A stretch of DNA of 64,000 bases, from positions 1 to 64,000 of the forward strand of contig NW_026852705.1 of assembly GCF_026571515.1 (NCBI RefSeq), written 5' to 3'. A program made the position numbers and the translations under genes. This document shows, piece by piece, positions 1 to 8,393 of this stretch. Below the pieces are notes generated by a model. The model worked only from the letters and a program-made list of their open reading frames with translations. It was not told the origin of the DNA and did no database searches. The DNA is from Ruditapes philippinarum (taxonomy: Eukaryota). Position 1 is the stretch's first letter. The number at the start of each line of letters is the position of its first letter.

Positions 1-694
1 TTTTTCACGTCAATTACTCTATAGAATATGACGATTTAATTGTTAGAAATAGTTGTGAACAATATTCAACACTGATTTCACTGTCTAACGAGAAGAGATA
101 GTACTCATTTCAACTTACAAACGATTGCATTTTAATCGAAAGAAATTAAGACCAATGCATTCATCATGTACTCGATGATCTCAATATTAAGTTCAATATC
201 AAGAACAGAATTTTGCCTTCATACTTGTTATCAGAACAAATAGCTGCATGTTTCACTACATATCGAAAAAAAATGTCTAGCTAGAAGGATTTGAGAAATA
301 TATGTTCTTATCTATCTAAGTATATGCACTAACAATTCGGATTTCATCTTTCTAGCCAAAAAGATTTTAGAAAATGAACATATTCACAAAATCTGATCAT
401 ATCCCGAAAGCTAAAAAGGAAAGTCAAAGATATTACTCACAATCTCATTGCAGCGATGTTACCTCTTCAGCGGCTAGAAGTAAAATGACGCAATTTTCTT
501 TTTTCTTACAATGATTGTGTTATTCTAGTGTTGTGTTACCGCTTCAGTAATCTAGACAAATTTTATCTAATTTACAAAAAAACCTCGGTACTAGGTCCCC
601 CAATAGCTCAAAACAGCTATTGTACTATCTGCTCAAAGGCAGGGGTATCACAAGGCACCACCTTGCTCAATGTAGCCTAGTTTAGGATTTCAAT

Positions 695-799
695 TAACTC
701 ATTCACTCCGAGAGAATTTTTGCCCCGACTTTCACATAAGCAAAATTCGAGGCAAAATTTCTTGCTCGAAACAGGCTGAGTCAAGCCTTAAATGTCATT
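695..799 (-). ncRNA. Third, diverged omegaRNA copy (guide AUUGAAAUCCUAAACUAGG...)
   Basis: 93/105 nt identical to 6845-6949 with no gaps. The substitutions are largely structure-preserving (AGGUU/GACCU becomes AGGCU/AGCCU), and the terminal 39 nt are invariant. Confidence 0.85.
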
Positions 800-997
800 C
801 ACAGTTTGTTTGCTTGGCATCAACGTGGGTGTTGGGAATTGAAAATCAAATTAATGATAATTATGATGATACCAGATTTGATTCTAGTCAAATGAATACA
901 AGACAAGATAATGAATAACATCAAAATCAGAGTCTGATTTCAGGTGTTGCTCTGCTTTTGTACCGACTTGCAACGGTTAACCAACTCAAATTTTGAA

Positions 998-1186
998 TAA
1001 CTCATTCACTCCGAGAGAATTTTTGCCCCGACTTTCGCATATGTAAAATTCGAGGCAAAACTTCTTACTCGATGCAGGTCGAGTCAAACCTATAATGTCA
1101 TTTATATTTTTATGATGAAAATGGAAAAATGTTCAAATACTTTAGCATAATATTTCTCGCACCATTCACGTCTCGATGTGTTTCAT
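998..1186 (-). ncRNA. Second omegaRNA copy plus the last ~25 codons of Fz2 (guide UUCAAAAUUUGAGUUGGUUAAC...)
   Basis: 998-1186 matches 6845-7033 except for one substitution (1073 T vs 6920 G); the flanks differ on both sides. Confidence 0.85.
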
Positions 1187-1392
1187 TTCATACTTTTTAG
1201 AACCAAACGAAACATTTGACCCATACAAGCTACATTCCATTCCTAAAAAAATTAAAAGCGTTCAAGCACTTTAGAAAAATGTTTCTTGCATTATTGACAT
1301 CTTCATGCTTTTCATTATTGCAATTGCTTAGTACCTTTATGAATCTAAGTAGCTTATTTGATTGCATTCTACTTGCCAAAAAAAAATACGTA

Positions 1393-1517
1393 AATAGAAA
1401 AATATCTTGCAAAGAAACATGAACCTTTCGATGCTTTTCATTTCTGAATCTGATCAACTTTCTACTAGCAAAAGAAAATCTCGTTAATAGAAAAAATATC
1501 TTGCAAGCAAACATGAA
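1393..1517. repeat. Short direct repeat (~31 bp x2)
   Basis: AATAGAAAAATATCTTGCAA..AAACATGAA at 1393 and 1486. Confidence 0.7.
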
Positions 1518-1970
1518 AAAAATCAAATTTACTATCATGATAAGAATGAAAAAGCAAATTCAACCATTGAAATTACAGTGACAAAATGATTAGTATATGA
1601 TATTCATTTTGAAAATAAAAAAAAAAACATTTTGTGCATTGACTTTTCATGGTGTTTCTTTCTTCTTTATCTCAAAATTTTACGTTAATACAAAAAAATT
1701 CACAAACTTGACAAGCAATGTTTATTTTCTTCTTACAGCACACAAACAATTTTACATTTTGTTCCGACGCTCTGATTTTACACGGACTTGCGACCGTTAG
1801 CAAACATTTAACAATTTATCTTTCAAACAAGCATTGAAGAAAAATTGAAAAAATGTTTGCTAGTATCATTCCCGGACCAAAACGTTTTTTTATATGTCAC
1901 TGAATGAACATTTTGATAAGACCACTGTAAATGATTTCGCCTCATCAAACTAAAAGAGTCAAACTTTTTT

Positions 1971-4900
1971 TCTGCCTGAATGGAAATGTGTTCATGACCA
2001 AAATCAAGTAACATTATGTAGCGTGTATAACCAACTCGACTCAACCCACCCTTCAATCTCTCGTCTATCCTTCGAGAGACCAATCTGGACTGATATCGCA
2101 CGCCATACAGCGATGGGAATAGAGCGCTGATCACAGACGGAGCATTGGTTGTTCGAGCTGTTTATACACGTATTATAGCTGTAACAAGCAGACTAATTGC
2201 ACTATATTCGCCAAACAGCCAGCGAGTAATAGTGGCGGGTCAGAGACCACATTGACACTCTGCTTGCGCTAATGTTACATTAAACACCATTCAGGCAAAA
2301 TGCACAGAATTTTTTCTACTAACTTTGCCTTGTTAGCAGAAAAGTGATTTCACCTCATCACTTCAGAGACACAATTTTAACGTCTTGACTCAACGGAGTC
2401 AAAATGCATACTGAACCAAATTTATAGTTTATAGTCATTTCGGACTGAATAATTTTGATTTGATATGAAAGTTACCGAAAGAGAAAATATTTATACTTTC
2501 ATATCATGTACTAACTTTGCCTTGTTAGCAGTATAGTGATTTCACCTCATCACTCCAGAGACACAATTTTAACGTCTTGACTCAACGAAGTCAAAATGCA
2601 TACTGAACCAAATTTATAGTTTATAGTCATTTCGGACTGAATAATTTTGATTTGATATGAAAGTTGTCGAAAGAGAAAAATTTATCCTTTCATATCATGT
2701 ACTAACATCTACTTTGCCTTGTTAGCAGTATAGTGATTTCACCTCATCACTTCAGAGACACAATTTTAACGTCTTGACTCAACGAAGTCAAAATGCATAC
2801 TGAACCAAATTTATAGTTTATAGTCATTTCGGACTGAATAATTTTGATTTGATATGAAGTTACCGAAAGAGAAAATATTTATACATTCATATCATGTACT
2901 AACTTTGCCTTGTTAGCAGTATAGTGATTTCACCTCATCACTTCAGAGACACAATTTTAACGTCTTGACTCAACGAAGTCAAAATGCATACTGAACCAAA
3001 TTTATAGTTTATAGTCATTTCGGACTGAATAATTTTGATTTGATATGAAAGTTGTCGAAAGAGAAAATATTTATACTTTCATATCATGTACTAACTTTGC
3101 CTTGTTAGCAGTATAGTGATTTCACCTCATCACATAAGAGACAAAATTTTAACGTCTTGACTCAACCAAGTCAAAATGCATACTGAACCAAATTTATAGT
3201 TTATAGTCATTTCGGACTGAATAATTTTGATTTGATATGAAAGTTGTCGAAAGAGAAAATATTTAATCTTTCATATCATGTATTAGCTTTAACATTTTTT
3301 TTATCTGCCTGAATGATCAAAACCAAGTAACATTATGTAGCGTGTATAACCAACTCGACTCAACCCACCCTTCAATCTCTCGTCTATCCTTCGAGAGACC
3401 AATCTGGACTGATATCGCACGCCATACAGCGATGGGAATAGAGCGCTGATCACAGACGGAGCATTGGTTGTTCGAGCTGTTTATACACGTATTATAGCTG
3501 TAACAAGCAGACTAATTGCACTATATTCGCCAAACAGCCAGCGAGTAATAGTGGCGGGTCAGAGACCACATTGACACTCTGCTTGCGCTAATGTTACAGT
3601 AAACACCACCATTCAGGCAAAATGTTCAGACTTTTATCTACTAACTTTGCCTTGTTAGCAGAAAAGTGATTTCACCTCATCACTCAAGAGACAAAATTTT
3701 CATGTCTTGACTCAACGGAGTCAAAATGCATACTGAACCAAATTTATAGTTTATAGTCATTTCGGACTGAATAATTTTGATTTGATATGAAAGTTACCGA
3801 AAGAGAAAATATTTATACTTTCATATCATGTACTAACTTTGCCTTGTTAGCAGTATAGTGATTTCACCTCATCACTCCAGAGACACAATTTTAACGTCTT
3901 GACTCAACGAAGTCAAAATGCATACTGAACCAAATTTATAGTTTATAGTCATTTCGGACTGAATAATTTTGATTTGATATGAAAGTTGTCGAAAGAGAAA
4001 ATATTTAATCTTTCATATCATGTATTAGCTTTAACATTTTTTTTATCTGCCTGAATGATCAAAACCAAGTAACATTATGTAGCGTGTATAACCAACTCGA
4101 CTCAACCCACCCTTCAATCTCTCGTCTATCCTTCGAGAGACCAATCTGGACTGATATCGCACGCCATACAGCGATGGGAATAGAGCGCTGATCACAGACG
4201 GAGCATTGGTTGTTCGAGCTGTTTATACACGTATTATAGCTGTAACAAGCAGACTAATTGCACTATATTCGCCAAACAGCCAGCGAGTAATAGTGGCGGG
4301 TCAGAGACCACATTGACACTCTGCTTGCGCTAATGTTACATTAAACACCACCATTCAGGCAAAATGTACAGACATTTATCTACTAACTTTGCCTTGTTAG
4401 CAGAAAAGTGATTTCACCTCATCACTTCAGAGACAAAATTTTAACGTCTTGACTCAACGAAGTCAAAATGCATACTGAACCAAATTTATAGTTTATAGTC
4501 ATTTCGGACTGAATAATTTTGATTTGATATGAAAGTTGTCGAAAGAGAAAATATTTATACTTTCATTCATATCATGTACTAACTTTGCCTTGTTAGCAGT
4601 ATAGTGATTTCACCTCATCACTTCAGAGACAAAATTTTCATGTCTTGACTCAACCAAGTCAAAATGCATACTGAACCAAATTTATAGTTTATAGTCATTT
4701 CGGACTGAATAATTTTGATTTGATATGAAAGTTGTCGAAAGAGAAAATATTTAATCTTTCATATCATGTATTAGCTTTAACATTTTTTTATCTGCCTGAA
4801 TGATCAAAACCAAGTAACATTATGTAGCGTGTATAACCAACTCGACTCAACCCACCCTTCAATCTCTCGTCTATCCTTCGAGAGACCAATCTGGACTGAT

Positions 4901-5922
4901 ATCGCACGCCATACAGCGATGGGAATAGAGCGCTGATCACAGACGGAGCATTGGTTGTTCGAGCTGTTTATACACGTATTATAGCTGTAACAAGCAGACT
5001 AATTGCACTATATTCGCCAAACAGCCAGCGAGTAATAGTGGCGGGTCAGAGACCACATTGACACTCTGCTTGCGCTAATGTTACATTAAACACCACCATT
5101 CAGGCAAAATGTACAGACATTTATCTACTAACGTTGCCTTGTTAGCAGAAAAGTGATTTCACCTCATCACATAAGAGACAAAATTTTCATGTCTTGACTC
5201 AACGAAGTCAAAATGCATACTGAACCAGATTTATAGTTTATAGTCATTTCGGACTGAAAATTTTGATTTGATATGAAAGTTACCGAAAGAGAAAATATTT
5301 ATACTTTCATATCATGTACTAACTTTGCCTTGTTAGCAGTATAGTGATTTCACCTCATCACATAAGAGACAAAATTTTAACGTCTTGACTCAACCAAGTC
5401 AAAATGCATACTGAACCAAATTTATAGTTTATAGTCATTTCGGACTGAATAATTTTGATTTGATATGAAAGTTGTCGAAAGAGAAAATATTTAATCTTTC
5501 ATATCATGTATTAGCTTTAACATTTTTTTATCTGCCTGAATGATCAAAACCAAGTAACATTATGTAGCGTGTATAACCAACTCGACTCAACCCACCCTTC
5601 AATCTCTCGTCTATCCTTCGAGAGACCAATCTGGACTGATATCGCACGCCATACAGCGATGGGAATAGAGCGCTGATCACAGACGGAGCATTGGTTGTTC
5701 GAGCTGTTTATACACGTATTATAGCTGTAACAAGCAGACTAATTGCACTATATTCGCCAAACAGCCAGCGAGTAATAGTGGCGGGTCAGAGACCACATTG
5801 ACACTCTGCTTGCGCTAATGTTACAATAAACACCATTCAGGCAAAATGTTCAGACTTTTATCTACTAACTTTGCCTTGTTAGCAGAAAAGTGATTTCACC
5901 TCATCACATAAGAGACAAAATT
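1971..5922. repeat. Higher-order tandem array A-B5-A-B2-A-B2-A-B2-A-B(partial); AB2 period ~740 bp
   Basis: Unit A (~315 bp) at ~1972-2297, 3304-3619, 4046-4361, 4791-5106 and 5531-5843. Unit B (~192 bp) starts at ~2317, 2509, 2700, 2897, 3089, 3639, 3831, 4381, 4577, 5126 and 5317, with a partial copy at 5863-5922. Confidence 0.95.
3304..3619 (-). ncRNA. Putative structured ncRNA, unit A (representative of 5 near-identical copies)
   Basis: Nested inverted repeats: TGCCTGAATG/CATTCAGGCA ends; GTAACATTA/TAATGTTAC; long stem CGTGTATAA-C-CAACTCGA..CAACC / GGTTG-T-TCGAGCTG-T-TTATACACG; AAGCAGA/TCTGCTT junction; hairpins TCTCTCG/CGAGAGA and CAGCG/CGCTG. Much higher GC than its surroundings. G-U pairs mostly favour the minus strand. 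Confidence 0.55.
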
Positions 5923-6844
5923 TTTGAGATAGTTGAGTCTACAGCGACGATGTTAACACATCGAATGCTAAACGTAGACTGAACTGAAATCTAAACGTCT
6001 GAGGTTATATAACAACAAAAATAATGAAATTTTTCAGAAATTAGTTTTTCTGCTTGTGGTCTCACATACCAATTTTTTATGTGTTCCAATCATATATTTG
6101 TTGATATATCATATTCAACATTCTTTTTTTCAATGAAAAACGAACATTCTTATTCACGATTTGTGAATTCGAACGAATATAAAGTAAATTGAAAATGTTT
6201 ACTTTTTCTGTTTTGTATTCAGTCATTACTGCAAGAGAGAAACAGCATTAACACAAATTGATTAATATATAAAATTTTTACAGTAATACAAATTGATAGA
6301 AAGTATGATAACATGTTTCTCGGGTTTGAAATAGCGGATTCAATCAATTCAAAGTTAAAATGATAAGAAGATATTTTTGTCAAGAAGCTGCTTGGAATTA
6401 AAATATCATGATTGCAGATGAACATTGAACAATTTCAGAAATGAAACCAATAATAAACTAGAAACACATATTCGCATTTATACATCAGTGCAGTAAGAAA
6501 ATCATAGACCGTGATTGAATTTCATTTTTGTTAACACTAGAAGATTAACGTTGAACAGATGTCAAAAAGTTAAGTCAATTACAGTAATCGACATAAAAAA
6601 TGCAAGAAATGACCTTCTTGATCAACAAGTTGAAAAAAAGAAAATCTTTATTCTTTTTGTCCATTTATTTTCTAATCATACTATCATCAAAACAATAATG
6701 TCAAGAAATGTCTTTTTGGTTAAGTCGTAGAAGAACTCGACGTTCCAAACCCGCAAAGTGTTGACTTACTAGTTGAGGTAAAACCAAAACCACCGAATCC
6801 AGCAGTTTGGATTGGTTTCTGATGAGGAATACCGACTATTTTGA

Positions 6845-6949
6845 TAACTCATTCACTCCGAGAGAATTTTTGCCCCGACTTTCGCATATGTAAAATTCGA
6901 GGCAAAACTTCTTACTCGAGGCAGGTCGAGTCAAACCTATAATGTCATT
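6845..6949 (-). ncRNA. omegaRNA scaffold, copy adjacent to Fz2 (guide starts at 6844 going leftward: UCAAAAUAGUCGGUAUUCCUC...)
   Basis: Lies immediately 3' of the Fz2 stop. Minus-strand fold: hairpin AGGUU-UGACUC-GACCU; long stem UUUUGCCUCGA/UCGGGGCAAAA; loop UGACUC can pair with the terminal GAGUUA (pseudoknot). Ungapped homology shared by all three copies ends at GAGTTA. Confidence 0.88.
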
Positions 6950-6956
6950 TATATTT

Positions 6957-8393
6957 TTATGATGAAAATGGAAAAATGTTCAAATACTTTAGCATAATAT
7001 TTCTCGCACCATTCACGTCTCGATGTGTTTCATATTTGCACTTGTCGCAATAAAATGTTTCATTTCCACCCAATTGTTTGTTCTTTACTCCACAATTCCC
7101 ACATGTCATTGATGTGTAACTTTCATCTTGAACGATTACTTCGCAATTTGTATCTCGAGCTCTATGCAGCAATCTCTCTCTGAATTTGTAGTGTTGCCAG
7201 CATAACAGGTCTCTGTTGCTTCTCTTTGATAAATGTTTCGGTCTGTCTTTTCTAACAATTGAAGAGACTGATATTTTACCAAGAACTGTGAGCTTGTAAT
7301 GTTTCACAAGATAAGAACATAGTTTCAGATGTATGTCATTCACGTAAGTTTTCAATTTGAGATGTAGTTTCTTTAACTGACCGATTCGGTCATTCTTTGC
7401 TTGTGTTTGATTTCTCTGTATAGCGAGTGACAATTGTTCATGCACTCTATCAATTTTGTCATGAAGTCTGTAAATTATTCTCTCCTTATCTTCTTTGCGT
7501 CCGACTTGAAAGCATTTCAAATTACTTGGGTCGTAACATGTTGCGAATGTTCTACCACCAGGATCAATTGAGCATATTGAGTCTGATGAGTTAACATGTA
7601 TTTGTCTAGTACATATGGGATCACATGGAATATGCAAAACAAATTTGCCATTTGCTCGTTTGCTAATCTTCATATCACGACTAAGTGGTGGCAATTTTGA
7701 TACATCTTTTGAAATTTTGAGATACCTTTCTTTATAGTTCTTGCTTGAGTGTGAAAAGCTAGCTGGCATCAGAGCTATTCTCGATTTTCGAAAAAAGTCA
7801 TCGGCATTGTCTTTTGTTGTCAACAACCGTACAAACTGTTGTTGAACTTCGAATGATCCTTCTCGTAAAAAAGTAGTATCCTTATTGTTTAAAACAACTT
7901 TAGATTTCTTTTGGTTAGACTGTGCTGATTTGTACATAGCACAAAATGTTTTGCAAGCAGTCCCCTTGATACATGTCATCTTATTGTCGAAAAACCATTC
8001 ATCTTGGGGACGTCTGTATTCTGTTGGTATGTCACTTGCATTCGTTTTACTTACAACCTTTTGCAAGTCGAAATGCTTCGGTTTGAAATTTTTCTCTTTC
8101 ACTAAGTAATTGCACCAATTGTAAGCATAATTACTTACTTTGAGCATTTGATTCAACGTTCGTTTTTGTTTCGGTGTTGGTCTAATACCAACAGAAAAAG
8201 TACACATTACCTTATCTTTTGATTTTAAAAACTTCGATTTAGCTTCCAAGTCTGAGTAATGCGTTTTGCTTGTTTGTGAGCTATCGCCTTTAATTTCAAA
8301 CATTTTTACTTTATCAATCCAATTTTTTAATGTTCCGGAACCTTTGACAAAAGCAGCGTTCCACAATATCAATGATTCGTGTTTTCGCTTCAT
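6957..8393 (-). CDS. Fz2: Fanzor2 (eukaryotic TnpB/IS607-derived RNA-guided DNA endonuclease), ~478 aa, intronless
   Basis: The ORF track gives 6957-8468 from a GTG; the first ATG at 8393 gives MKRKHESLILW..., resembling (from memory) the N-terminus of mollusc Fz2 such as MmeFz2. Motifs: N-terminal FSVGIRPT...LKVSNYAYNWC; RuvC-I SIDPGGRTF; RuvC-II VLGKI with G at the canonical E position and the relocated Glu in VQDESYTS; Zn finger CGNC...CDKC; RuvC-III RDVNGARNI. No stops or frameshifts. Confidence 0.95.
   Translation of the reverse strand: MKRKHESLILWNAAFVKGSGTLKNWIDKVKMFEIKGDSSQTSKTHYSDLEAKSKFLKSKDKVMCTFSVGIRPTPKQKRTLNQMLKVSNYAYNWCNYLVKEKNFKPKHFDLQKVVSKTNASDIPTEYRRPQDEWFFDNKMTCIKGTACKTFCAMYKSAQSNQKKSKVVLNNKDTTFLREGSFEVQQQFVRLLTTKDNADDFFRKSRIALMPASFSHSSKNYKERYLKISKDVSKLPPLSRDMKISKRANGKFVLHIPCDPICTRQIHVNSSDSICSIDPGGRTFATCYDPSNLKCFQVGRKEDKERIIYRLHDKIDRVHEQLSLAIQRNQTQAKNDRIGQLKKLHLKLKTYVNDIHLKLCSYLVKHYKLTVLGKISVSSIVRKDRPKHLSKRSNRDLLCWQHYKFRERLLHRARDTNCEVIVQDESYTSMTCGNCGVKNKQLGGNETFYCDKCKYETHRDVNGARNIMLKYLNIFPFSS

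Noticed and set aside
978-987. Guide 2 targeting unit A through the shared TAACCAACTC
   Set aside because: Only 10 nt, in the distal part of the guide, with no seed or TAM match; kept only as a side note.
1823-2134. 103-aa ORF over unit A
   Set aside because: GTG start, reads through a repeat boundary, and has no recognisable motif; likely a by-product of higher GC.
2317-2508. Hammerhead ribozyme / retrozyme in unit B (GUGAUGA-GGU-GAAA on the minus strand)
   Set aside because: C3 of the core is missing and there is no stem II between the boxes; no intact CUGANGA...GAAA core was found by eye in A or B on either strand.
3304-3619. Unit A as a group I intron (IStron-like), 7SK, SRP or telomerase RNA
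   Set aside because: CAGACTAA (+) and GATATCAGTCC (-) resemble R and S elements but lie on opposite strands, so P7 cannot form. No recognisable 7SK or SRP termini and no CTAACCCT template.
1971-5922. CRISPR array
   Set aside because: The units are 190-315 bp, there are no unique spacers between repeats, and there are no cas genes in this eukaryotic context.
6819-6870. CTGATGAG hammerhead core next to the native guide (+ strand)
   Set aside because: No stem II followed by GAAA; it is also antisense to the omegaRNA.
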